Position numbers and translations under genes: made by a program. DNA of 26,504 nt from a virus (taxonomy: Duplodnaviria; Caudoviricetes): positions 1 to 26,504 of IMG/VR virus record IMGVR_UViG_3300039258_000198, one strand, 5' to 3'. Position 1 is the first letter of the stretch; every line of letters starts with the position of its first letter. Below are positions 17,501 through 24,746 of this stretch, piece after piece. Below the pieces are notes generated by a model. That model made no database searches, had not been told where the DNA came from, and was given only the letters and a program-made list of their open reading frames with translations.

Positions 17501-18179
17501 GCACGACCTTGTAAGCGGAGCAATTGGCACTTCAATTTTAGGCAAGGGCATCACGCGCCAAAGAGTCAAGGGGGCTATAGGCTTGGAAGAGACAGGGACG
17601 ATGACCATTCCCCACCAAGAAGTCTCCGGTCAACTTGGGACTTCTGCAAAGGCGAAGGAAACGACTTTCGACATAATAAACGGGGCTATCGGTGCGGTTA
17701 TTACTCGAATTGTAGAGACAGGGCAGGTGGTTGCAGGACATATAGGAACCTCTTCTACCGAATCGTTCACCATACCTCATCAAACTGCCAAAGGTTCCAT
17801 TGGAAACAGGATTCTGGGCGTGACTGAAGTGTTGCATGAGGCTGTAAGTGGGGCGATAGGAGTCGGAATGTCCGAGAAGACTACAACCCATCAGAAGGTC
17901 AAGGGAAGTATTGGTGGTGAGGCAACTAGCCAATTTGCTGTCACGCATCAAGTAGTCAAGGGAGAGATAGGCACTACGGAGACTGGTAGTCTTATTACGA
18001 CTCTCGTTGTGATATTTGGATACATGGGTGCTGGAATTGCTGGCCAGATAAGGTTTGAATGGCAGGAGTTCCTCAAACTCAAGATACTCTCTGAGGTCAA
18101 GAAGACGACCCTCAAGACCTTCAAGAAGGGTCTAAGACTGCGAGTAGTGCCAGAGGAAGAGGAAGACGTAAATACTTAG
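14589..18179 (+). CDS. long fibre protein: N-terminal beta domain plus about 50 tandem 18-19-aa repeats
   Basis: Repeat consensus THQ.VSG.IG...SG...; TTATATAA 14557-14564 upstream. Confidence 0.8.
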   Translation: MVAPKNHTGGVLSTAGKTLNLPAISTATGDGIVVSVQYPVSTYAPGSPPISDTIGNTYHYVESAADSAGATEVDLYWTISIGTNASNVIAIKSSLNTRMCGEATWWTGVASVGTNCSANDSGSATNTATTSLTTQDSNNYLVGTTVVDASSLTLSANTGTQTDTKGTTGVSGDMIYNTVSSPGSLTISSKWTGSHYWGMCGIELRSQNSIAGTIGGAASKTSFTMTHQTAKGAVGNTIADTVKMTHQTTTGSMGGAASNAVKTNQKVSGSIGTSLLGVATPSAIVTYVYGVIGSALSSLANISKQVVSGALGESASGAIAMTHQVVSGSMNEAASGATKVTHQKTIGALGDQISGALAITHQTAVGSVGESGSGAIVTHDSLLGNIGNALSGVSNILHQVINAGVGSSGSGQVTTGDVVSASIGTAGSGGFKITHQTASGLAGDEASGAMAITHQTTSGTMGDNAFGALTVTHQKTSGSLGNSLAGTFAILSQLVSGMLGTEATETLVTNDVVSGSMGDAASGELLVTHQEVSGSVGTDASGTFAVTLQNIIGSIGSAISGIAVPSGFIRVFGYIGSALSGLVTTNDVIEGSIGEEASGAIEITSQTASGSIGEASSGALSITHQVVSGSLGDDLSGIANVIYQVMSGLLGISATEKVTIGDVVSGSLGNEASGVTDVTHQEVSGSTGLGGFGQGVTHDIIRVAMGAEGAGAVITGDVVSGELGAEATEASVISQVVSGTMGEDVIGTLVVTHQETSGSIGSQVWSIVNKGLQGVMGTAMSLGIIISQVVHGDIGNEISGTVATNEVVSGTMGAAETGAITITHQETSGSLGTNLLGAIEILSQFVSGAIGDSISGKSTTNQQTSGQIGSEESGEITITHQAASGVLGTAESGQTAITHQETSGSIGVALNALQMISQSVRGAIGDSIIGQVITRQKVKGAIGVAETSQTLVTHQVVAGSIGTEATVVEVLHDLVSGAIGTSILGKGITRQRVKGAIGLEETGTMTIPHQEVSGQLGTSAKAKETTFDIINGAIGAVITRIVETGQVVAGHIGTSSTESFTIPHQTAKGSIGNRILGVTEVLHEAVSGAIGVGMSEKTTTHQKVKGSIGGEATSQFAVTHQVVKGEIGTTETGSLITTLVVIFGYMGAGIAGQIRFEWQEFLKLKILSEVKKTTLKTFKKGLRLRVVPEEEEDVNT
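15203..18058 (+). repeat. degenerate 54/57-nt coding tandem repeat (about 50 copies)
   Basis: About 51 units counted by hand in the translation, from SQNSIAGTIG to TLVVIFGYMG. Confidence 0.85.
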
Positions 18180-18197
18180 ATTGGCTTACTATGAATT

Positions 18198-18887
18198 GTG
18201 CCAGTCGTAATAAACCAGACGGGGCCAGATACCTATGAGACAGTGTGGATGTTCGTGATTCCATCTTCCACCGCCGGAATTTATGACCTCACTGTGTTAG
18301 CCGATTGGGGTTTCACTAACTATGCTTTTGCCTCTTACGAGTTCCCTGCTGGAACTTATACAACAGATGTCAATATGGGTGTTGATACAACTGCGATGAG
18401 TCTCACACTTGCGATGCCTAGTGGAGATGACTACTACATTTATGGGTATGCCAGTGGCAACAGTCAAATCGGTTCTACTACATTACCGCTTCCGCTAGAT
18501 GCTGATTCAGAACGTGACGGTGGGGCTACAGTTAGTCACGACTCTGCTTCTACAGAGACCATCACTGGCGATGATTGTCTAGTGATGGGTGGTATCGGAG
18601 TGACAAGAACAGACAGTGGATTCGTAGCACCTACGATAACAGCAGGGCATTTTGAAGGCCCAGATGTTCCTGCGGTTCCTGTTCCTTTCAGTTTCACTAT
18701 TCACAACACTGGCTCGTTTGTGATTGTGGCTCTGGCTGTGGGTTACTATGGGGCAACCTCAATAACCTTAAGTCCTGCCACAGTGCCAGAAGTGCGTAAG
18801 TTGACCGTCAAGATGAGAGACCACACATTCAAGCCCAAGACCCAAGACAAAGACGTTACGTTTCACATGGACAGCCAACCGACTTAG
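18198..18887 (+). CDS. beta-rich virion protein
   Basis: GTG 24 nt after GTAAATA (18168-18174); T/S/G/Y-rich with a basic C-terminal segment. Confidence 0.6.
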   Translation: MPVVINQTGPDTYETVWMFVIPSSTAGIYDLTVLADWGFTNYAFASYEFPAGTYTTDVNMGVDTTAMSLTLAMPSGDDYYIYGYASGNSQIGSTTLPLPLDADSERDGGATVSHDSASTETITGDDCLVMGGIGVTRTDSGFVAPTITAGHFEGPDVPAVPVPFSFTIHNTGSFVIVALAVGYYGATSITLSPATVPEVRKLTVKMRDHTFKPKTQDKDVTFHMDSQPT

Positions 18888-18925
18888 ACTTTAAATAGTC
18901 GGAAGTCCCTATTCAGACTGAGAGA

Positions 18926-19279
18926 ATGCCATCAGGATTGGTCGTCAAAGTGAACAACTTCGGGTTCGCCCTCACCTTCACCATACTCAATGCCGATGGA
19001 ACGCCTAGAGACCTAACTGGTGAAACGGCCACTCTATGGGTGTTTACTCAAGAGGAAGAGCCTACCATTTCGTTTAGCGGGACTTGCACTACTTCAGTAG
19101 ACCCTGTAACTGGTATCAGGTGCATCTGCACCTATATAGTAGCGCAGGGTGACTTCTCTATTACAGGAACCTTCGACGCAGAGGTTGAGATGACCACAGG
19201 GTTCGCTCCGATTTACACTTATCTAGAGGATACAGAGACCTTCAGCATCAACGTCATAGCCAGACATCCAGTGCCTTAG
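18926..19279 (+). CDS. BppU-N-like adaptor/baseplate Ig domain protein
   Basis: L.FTI.N.DG.P.DLTG.T......Y....GD....GTFDAEVE motif; TTTAAATA 18890-18897. Confidence 0.65.
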   Translation: MPSGLVVKVNNFGFALTFTILNADGTPRDLTGETATLWVFTQEEEPTISFSGTCTTSVDPVTGIRCICTYIVAQGDFSITGTFDAEVEMTTGFAPIYTYLEDTETFSINVIARHPVP

Positions 19280-19281
19280 AG

Positions 19282-19512
19282 ATGCCCTACAAGCCCTTCT
19301 TAGGATACCCTACTATGGCTCGGTGGATGTATACCTGCTTCATAGCGTCTCCACCTACATCTAGGGATGAGATTATGGCCACCCTAATGAAAGAGAGAGG
19401 GATGGATAAAGACACTGCCGCCAGCGTCTACAGGAACTACTGGCTCAGATTTGTGGCTTATCGGCAGAGGTTGGCTTCTTTACAGGATAGAGAGAGTTTA
19501 GATAGTCTCTAA
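19282..19512 (+). CDS. hypothetical protein
   Basis: Starts 2 nt after the upstream stop; helical; 3' end overlaps the convergent ORF 19445..19696 by 68 nt. Confidence 0.5.
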   Translation: MPYKPFLGYPTMARWMYTCFIASPPTSRDEIMATLMKERGMDKDTAASVYRNYWLRFVAYRQRLASLQDRESLDSL

Positions 19513-19696
19513 CCGCGACAGCGAACTCGAAGTCTGCACAGATGATTTGAATGGCCCTTATCTGGTCTTGAGTCAGGACTGCATCATTGGCTTGGATGGT
19601 GCTGACGAAGGCTTTGGCCACCCTTTCCTTGAGAGAGGGAATGCCCCGTTCCTCATCGGTTGGGATGTGGTCTACGCCACTTTCTCCTCTGCTCAT
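19445..19696 (-). CDS. hypothetical protein
   Basis: ATGA overlap with the upstream minus-strand gene. Confidence 0.6.
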   Translation of the reverse strand: MSRGESGVDHIPTDEERGIPSLKERVAKAFVSTIQANDAVLTQDQIRAIQIICADFEFAVAVRDYLNSLYPVKKPTSADKPQI

Positions 19697-20118
19697 GATG
19701 TGACATCCACCATGAATCTGAGAGCCATTGCCGCCACCTGTTTGGCCTCTGCCCTCAACCTCTCCTTAGTCCTTTGAGGATGTTGCTTGAAGACCTCATC
19801 CTTCAGTTCGTCCAACTTCTCTAATATGACAGCATAGCCCTCATGTGCGCTGTGGAACGCCCCGAACCTTTGGGTGGCTTCCTTGTATTCATCCACAATC
19901 TCTTTGACAGAGAGAGTGAGAGGAGACATCTGATGACCATTGTATTTGTCGCCTACCTTCAGGGACTCTTTCCTCAACTCCACAGGTTCTATAACTGTAA
20001 AATAGAATCCAAAGGGGTCTCCTGCGACACAAATTGGACAGAGTGGCTTTTCTGTATTGAGATGCTCAAAAGCAAGCGCATTGTTCTCTCTCATCCTATG
20101 GGATATTCTTTGGCTCAT
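19693..20118 (-). CDS. MazG-like all-alpha NTP pyrophosphohydrolase with N-terminal CxxC region
   Basis: F.S.HEGYAVILEKLDELKDEV...EAKQVAAMALRF; start set at ATG 20118 from the ATGA overlap. Confidence 0.65.
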   Translation of the reverse strand: MSQRISHRMRENNALAFEHLNTEKPLCPICVAGDPFGFYFTVIEPVELRKESLKVGDKYNGHQMSPLTLSVKEIVDEYKEATQRFGAFHSAHEGYAVILEKLDELKDEVFKQHPQRTKERLRAEAKQVAAMALRFMVDVTS

Positions 20119-20453
20119 GAAGGCTTCACCGTCTTCCTCTCGGCTAGAAGTTGGTCTGTTATTTTCTTGCATTCTTCCCAATTGTAGGAGTTGATTGTGA
20201 AGTGTTGCTTCCTCTTCCATTCCTTCTGATGGGTGTCCTTGTTCTCCTTCTCTTGCCAGAGATACCACTTCACCTGTATCTTGTGGTAGGTCTCGACAAG
20301 CAGGATGGCACTCCACCAACCACCGTTCTTAGAGAGAGTGATACCCTTCAAGACCTTAATCTCGGAGTCCTCAAAGGCAGGGAACTTCTCAGGTGTGGCA
20401 GTAGGCAGAGTTACAGCACTTGTCTGAGATGCGAGTGGTGTTGTTGAACTCAT
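20115..20453 (-). CDS. putative PC4/Whirly-like ssDNA-binding protein
   Basis: Four aromatic beta strands followed by a helix (WWSAILLVE...VKWYLW...WKRKQHFTINSYNWEECKKI). Confidence 0.45.
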   Translation of the reverse strand: MSSTTPLASQTSAVTLPTATPEKFPAFEDSEIKVLKGITLSKNGGWWSAILLVETYHKIQVKWYLWQEKENKDTHQKEWKRKQHFTINSYNWEECKKITDQLLAERKTVKPS

Positions 20454-20683
20454 TACTCTTTCACTTTTTGGTAGTCCTTGCCTATCAGTTTGAAGAACGC
20501 CTCAAGTTGCTCTGGCGCGTTGTAGTGGTCGCACTTCATCTCGTCTCCATCGTCTTCAGCGATGTCATGCAAGGCGCAAAGATAGCCGTATCTCCACTCA
20601 GGCGGTTCTCCTCTGTATCTCTCAGCCACTCCTAGAATCTTCTTCCGTATCTGCTCTTTCGTGACCTTAATAGGTGTGCTCAT
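20453..20683 (-). CDS. hypothetical protein
   Basis: Coupled to neighbours by ATGA and TAATG overlaps. Confidence 0.7.
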   Translation of the reverse strand: MSTPIKVTKEQIRKKILGVAERYRGEPPEWRYGYLCALHDIAEDDGDEMKCDHYNAPEQLEAFFKLIGKDYQKVKE

Positions 20684-20883
20684 CTTGCTCTCGCCTTTTC
20701 TGCCTCTCTCTTTGCTTGGTCTTCCTTGTAGGTCTTCAGGGCTAGAGTGAAGAACTCAATGGCCTCTAAATAGGTTCTTTCTGCATCCCCTACCCAATAC
20801 ACTTCACCATTCACAGGAGAAGTAACTACTCCATTGTCTTCCAACACGAAGTAATGGTTCAGAATCAGTAATGCGGGTCTCAT
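20680..20883 (-). CDS. hypothetical protein
   Basis: ATGA overlaps at both ends. Confidence 0.7.
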   Translation of the reverse strand: MRPALLILNHYFVLEDNGVVTSPVNGEVYWVGDAERTYLEAIEFFTLALKTYKEDQAKREAEKARAR

Positions 20884-21143
20884 CTTTGCTCACTCTTGAT
20901 TGGCATCTTCACGACTGCTGGCAATTTCAAGGGATAGCCTTCCTTGTCGAGTGCCTCTACTATCTTTCTCACGTTGCCAGTGCGAACCTGATGCTCGTCT
21001 GAAAACTTTTGGATGTCCACGACATCTCCTGCTTTGTATTCGGCCTTGAGTGCCGCTTTCACCTTCTCTTCAAAATCGGCTCTCGTCTGCGCTGTGATAG
21101 GGACAGTAATCTTTCGTTCAGGACTTGGTAGTTCTGTGCTCAT
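20880..21143 (-). CDS. putative helix-turn-helix DNA-binding protein
   Basis: GDVVDIQKFSDEHQVRTGNVRKIVEALDKEGY resembles a winged HTH; start ATG 21143 from the ATGA overlap. Confidence 0.55.
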   Translation of the reverse strand: MSTELPSPERKITVPITAQTRADFEEKVKAALKAEYKAGDVVDIQKFSDEHQVRTGNVRKIVEALDKEGYPLKLPAVVKMPIKSEQR

Positions 21144-21394
21144 GCAGACCCCTTGCTCTTGAGGGTATTTGAAGATTTCGGTTCCTCTTCCCACATCTCT
21201 ATCTCAGCAATAAGGTCGCCTTTGGTCGTGTCGAGCGTCTGCTTCTTCCCAATCATCGTCCCGTCACTGCTCTTCTCATAATAAGAGATTCGCGCTTGGA
21301 TTCTGAAGGCCGGGACAGCCTTTGTAGAAGAGACATCGAGAATACCACTCTCTGCTATATGCAGATGGAACTTCTTATCAACATTCGTGCTCAT
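21140..21394 (-). CDS. hypothetical protein, first gene of the minus-strand operon
   Basis: TTATAAA (minus, 21424-21418) lies 24 nt before ATG 21394. Confidence 0.65.
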   Translation of the reverse strand: MSTNVDKKFHLHIAESGILDVSSTKAVPAFRIQARISYYEKSSDGTMIGKKQTLDTTKGDLIAEIEMWEEEPKSSNTLKSKGSA

Positions 21395-21430
21395 ACCCCA
21401 CTCTTGCAACCCTACCCTTTATAAGCATTC

Positions 21431-21862
21431 TCATGTTCTGCGGTGCTCCATCTCCCATTCAATCCTATCCAAGACCTTTTGAGGAGTGAAAAGCACTTGG
21501 TCATTAGTGAACCGAAGCACATCCCTATAGCAATACTTCTTCAATCTATAACTTCTCACATTGTCATAGTCTCGTTGTCTGTCTTCCTGATGCTGTCTTC
21601 CGTCTACCTCTATGATTAGAGAATAGCGGGGCAGGTCGAAGTCTACCACATAAAAACGTGGAAACCCCTCTGGAAAGAAGAAGGACTTCTGAAATGAAAA
21701 GTGAACCTTGATGAAGTTGAGGATGGCTTTCATGACCCCTTCGGCGGGTGTCTCAGCCCTTGCGAGTTTGGCTTCAGTTTTCTGTGGTAAGTCACCTAGT
21801 CTTTTACGTTTCCATCTCCGCTTACGATTTGCTGACCGTATAGCCTCTAATCTGAAGTCCAT
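21431..21862 (-). CDS. DUF559/Vsr-like endonuclease
   Basis: T.AE; YVVDF......LIIEVDG.QH.....YD..R..L......VLRFTN.QV; start uncertain (21862 or 21889). Confidence 0.85.
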   Translation of the reverse strand: MDFRLEAIRSANRKRRWKRKRLGDLPQKTEAKLARAETPAEGVMKAILNFIKVHFSFQKSFFFPEGFPRFYVVDFDLPRYSLIIEVDGRQHQEDRQRDYDNVRSYRLKKYCYRDVLRFTNDQVLFTPQKVLDRIEWEMEHRRT

Positions 21863-21959
21863 GTTGAGTTGGAGAATAGAAAACAACACATCTTAATAAG
21901 GGTTCTTAATAGCGGCCCGACCAAGAACGCTTAAATAGGCTCTCACGAATGAGTTGGAC

Positions 21960-22184
21960 ATGGGAAATGAAAGAGACGTAGAAAAGGAACTACTTGAGTT
22001 CGCAAACAGTCTACGGCATGACATGAGCGAGAAGGACGTTGTGGCACTGTTCGACTCGCTTCAGAGAGACCACCTTTTGGTCGAATCCAAACTGATGCTT
22101 ACGAAGACCATCTTCCACAAGGTTCTGGACGATGCTTTCGAGAAGGAAGAGCAACCGAAGGCGGCAGTTCCAATGTTTGGGTAG
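21960..22184 (+). CDS. hypothetical helical protein
   Basis: TTAAATA 21931-21937, ATG 23 nt later. Confidence 0.7.
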   Translation: MGNERDVEKELLEFANSLRHDMSEKDVVALFDSLQRDHLLVESKLMLTKTIFHKVLDDAFEKEEQPKAAVPMFG

Positions 22185-22189
22185 TCGTT

Positions 22190-22351
22190 ATGCGGTGTCC
22201 GTGTGGGACTGAGGTAGACCCAAAGAAACTGCTAGTGGGTCAGACCTACATTGCTTTCAAAGACAAAGAGGAAGGGCTGACAGAAGAGGTCTTCTGCACT
22301 ATGGGATGCTTCGAGAGGGCGCGTGGTGGCTTCATGAATCGGAACGATTAG
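22190..22351 (+). CDS. 53-aa treble-clef (TRASH/MYM-like) zinc-finger protein
   Basis: MRCPCGTEVDPKKLLVGQTYIAFKDKEEGLTEEVFCTMGCFERARGGFMNRND. Confidence 0.7.
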   Translation: MRCPCGTEVDPKKLLVGQTYIAFKDKEEGLTEEVFCTMGCFERARGGFMNRND

Positions 22352-22404
22352 TTATCAAGACAAATGTAACAATCATAACAGGAATAACAGAATGTCTTGA
22401 TAAC
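22351..22404. repeat. perfect 12-bp inverted repeat enclosing three TAACA direct repeats
   Basis: GTTATCAAGACA 22351-22362 / TGTCTTGATAAC 22393-22404; TAACA at 22367, 22376 and 22385. Confidence 0.9.
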
Positions 22405-22863
22405 CTAGTTGCCAGAACCTCTCGTCCAGACATCATCATTCTCGAAGTCTAGGCCCATATAGTTCTCTGCGTAGACCGTCATTCTACACCCGTTCACCAT
22501 AGCGTCAATGTAACCATGTCCAGCAGGGTTGTTGCTTTCGGTGCTTGGGTAGGTCATCTTCATAGCGTAGACATCGCCACCATAGACCGCAAGCACGAAA
22601 GAGCCATAGGACTGATGGCTTGCACCGTCTAGAACCTCTACATTTATGCTGTTAGGGTAGGGTATCGGTGGGAATGTCCATGTTGCAATCAAGGGACTCC
22701 ATGTGCCAGTCGGAGCCTGAGACACGCCCAATGGCTGTCCTTGAAGCGTCTGATAGACGTAGACGAAGGGATAGTCTGACCGTATCTCGATGGTCTTGTT
22801 GGTAGGGTCATTAGTGGTGCTGATACGCCAGAATGCTGGCTTCCCTTGAGAGTTACGGAGCAT
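22405..22863 (-). CDS. hypothetical beta-rich protein
   Basis: TTTAAATA (minus, 22893-22886) 23 nt before the ATG. Confidence 0.7.
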   Translation of the reverse strand: MLRNSQGKPAFWRISTTNDPTNKTIEIRSDYPFVYVYQTLQGQPLGVSQAPTGTWSPLIATWTFPPIPYPNSINVEVLDGASHQSYGSFVLAVYGGDVYAMKMTYPSTESNNPAGHGYIDAMVNGCRMTVYAENYMGLDFENDDVWTRGSGN

Positions 22864-22888
22864 AATCTATCTTAGGATGAAGTTCTAT

Positions 22889-23212
22889 TTAAAGCCTTAA
22901 ATAGTCTTGCAGTTTCAACTTGTATCTTTCATACCATCCTATAGAGGCGTTACAATGCTGACAGATTATCCCTCTTATCTTCATTGTATTATGGTCGTGG
23001 TCTATCGCATAGCCACCCTTTCGTCTCACTAGAACTTTTCCACAGACCTTGCATAGCCCCTTTTGGCTCTGCCATAACTTCTCAAAGTCTTCAAGAGATA
23101 GGCCATACTTCTTTTTGAGTTGGGTTTTGAAGTTGTATACCTTGACAAGTTCGAGATTTGCTCTCTGCCATCTTTTCGTATACTCATTCCTATGCGCTTT
23201 CGACCAAGGCAT
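22889..23212 (-). CDS. endonuclease VII-family nuclease
   Basis: KKYGLS.EDF..L...Q.G.C..C...IDHDH.T.KIRGIIC..CN..IG; TTTAAATA (minus, 23242-23235). Confidence 0.9.
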   Translation of the reverse strand: MPWSKAHRNEYTKRWQRANLELVKVYNFKTQLKKKYGLSLEDFEKLWQSQKGLCKVCGKVLVRRKGGYAIDHDHNTMKIRGIICQHCNASIGWYERYKLKLQDYLRL

Positions 23213-23290
23213 AGGTTCTCTCTGGTTGTCCCATTATTTAAAGACTTTCTTTGAAAACCTTTAAATAGCATCAATCCTACAATGTAACCT

Positions 23291-23596
23291 ATGCAAGTGA
23301 CTTTCGCCTACGCGGGACAGCCCCAAGTCTCTCTCATAGTGGACATTCCCAAACTCAAAGGAGAGGTTCTCCCACCCAAAATCATCTGGCAAGCCCGAAG
23401 AGACCTTCAGGTTATTATGTCTCACATCTCAGAGGAAGCCAAGACCAGTCCAGAGTCCTACGCTACCCAACTCTTCAAGACCGTCAAGAGCGAGTATCAG
23501 ACCCTAGTTCTGCTTGCTATGGTCTTCACTATCGAGCATGAGAATGAGGGCCAGACCGTCCTAACCTACACGCCAAAAGAGATTAAGTTAGCGTAA
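23291..23596 (+). CDS. hypothetical protein
   Basis: TTTAAATA 23260-23267, ATG 24 nt later. Confidence 0.7.
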   Translation: MQVTFAYAGQPQVSLIVDIPKLKGEVLPPKIIWQARRDLQVIMSHISEEAKTSPESYATQLFKTVKSEYQTLVLLAMVFTIEHENEGQTVLTYTPKEIKLA

Positions 23597-23628
23597 TCTT
23601 TATATGTCTTGCCAACCACTGATAGGGT

Positions 23629-24699
23629 ATGGGTAATCTTCATCCGAAACTGATAGAGAAACTGAAAGAGATTCGCGCTACCTACCCGAATGTCAATGGG
23701 TATAGCGAAGACCTGAAGGACGAAATCGCTGGCGGCAAAAAGACGGGTCGCAAGGCGATAAGGGTCTATGTCGAAAAGAAGATTCCCACTTCTCAACTGG
23801 CCATATTTCAGACCATCCCAGACGAGATAGAATGGATGATAGACATGGGCGACGGAAAGTTTAAGATGACCACGCCCGTTGACATCGTGGAGATTGGCCA
23901 CCAGAAGATAAGGTCGGCTCCACCCTTTCAAGACCCAACGAAGGCGTTCCGGCCACTCATAGGTGGAATCAGCGTAGGTCACTACGAGATTACGGCTGGC
24001 ACGATAGACTACTTCGTGAAGGACGCATCAGGTCACATCGGCATCCTGAGTAACAACCACGTTTTGGCCAATGAGAACAACGCGAGTATAGGAGACCCCA
24101 TCCTTCAGCCGGGAGCATATGACGGCGGCACTCTACTGACCAGTCAAGTGGCCAAACTCACCAACTTCATTCCCATCCAGTATGACAACGCACAGCCAAG
24201 CAATTGCCCCAATGCGACATTCATCTCTGGTGTTTACAACGGGCTGGCCAAGGAACTCAAGAGAAAGACACGACTACATCCCATAGTTCACCAACTCGCA
24301 AGCAATCTGGTAGACTGTGCTTGGGCCACTCTCAATGACCAGACCAACTTCAAACCAGAAGAGAACGGGCTGTTCTCTCCGGCAGGGATAAGTGCGGCCA
24401 TAGATGGAGACATTGTGACCAAGACAGGGCGCACTACAGGAGTCACTTCTGGGCAGGTGATAGACATCGCTGGAACCATCACTGTCAGCTATAGCGGTTC
24501 CAATGAGGCAACCTTCGTGGAACAGGTCATCACTCAGGACACGACTACTCCATTCAGTGCTGGCGGAGACTCTGGCTCCCTAATCATGAGACAAAGTGAC
24601 CAGATGGCCGTTGCCCTACTGTTCGCTGGCGGTGGCAACACAACCATTGGGAACCACATCTCAGACGTTCTCACGGCTCTCGACATAACCTTCGTGTAA
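23629..24699 (+). CDS. trypsin-like serine protease (Nal1-like architecture)
   Basis: N-terminal I.VYVEKK.P pro-region; RPL.GGISVGH; triad LSNNHVLA, VDCA, GGDSGS; no signal peptide. Confidence 0.88.
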   Translation: MGNLHPKLIEKLKEIRATYPNVNGYSEDLKDEIAGGKKTGRKAIRVYVEKKIPTSQLAIFQTIPDEIEWMIDMGDGKFKMTTPVDIVEIGHQKIRSAPPFQDPTKAFRPLIGGISVGHYEITAGTIDYFVKDASGHIGILSNNHVLANENNASIGDPILQPGAYDGGTLLTSQVAKLTNFIPIQYDNAQPSNCPNATFISGVYNGLAKELKRKTRLHPIVHQLASNLVDCAWATLNDQTNFKPEENGLFSPAGISAAIDGDIVTKTGRTTGVTSGQVIDIAGTITVSYSGSNEATFVEQVITQDTTTPFSAGGDSGSLIMRQSDQMAVALLFAGGGNTTIGNHISDVLTALDITFV

Positions 24700-24716
24700 T
24701 ATAGTAATCTAGAACC

Positions 24717-24724
24717 TTTAAATA
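24717..24724 (+). promoter_or_regulatory. TATA box with no downstream protein gene
   Basis: GAACCTTTAAATAG consensus, 23 nt before the first G of the structured RNA. Confidence 0.75.
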
Positions 24725-24746
24725 GGCTATTATACTAAGGGATGTC

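Noticed and set aside
16175-17951. Several minus-strand ORFs inside the fibre gene (and similar shadows elsewhere)
   Set aside because: Antisense shadows of strong genes with no promoter or recognisable motif.
14589-18179. CRISPR array or tape-measure protein in the repeat region
   Set aside because: Repeats are conserved only at protein level with no identical DNA repeat-spacer units; the composition is beta/Gly-rich, not helical.
20119-20319. N-terminal extension of the MazG-like ORF
   Set aside because: Overlaps gene 20115..20453 on the same strand; the ATGA coupling supports a start at 20118.
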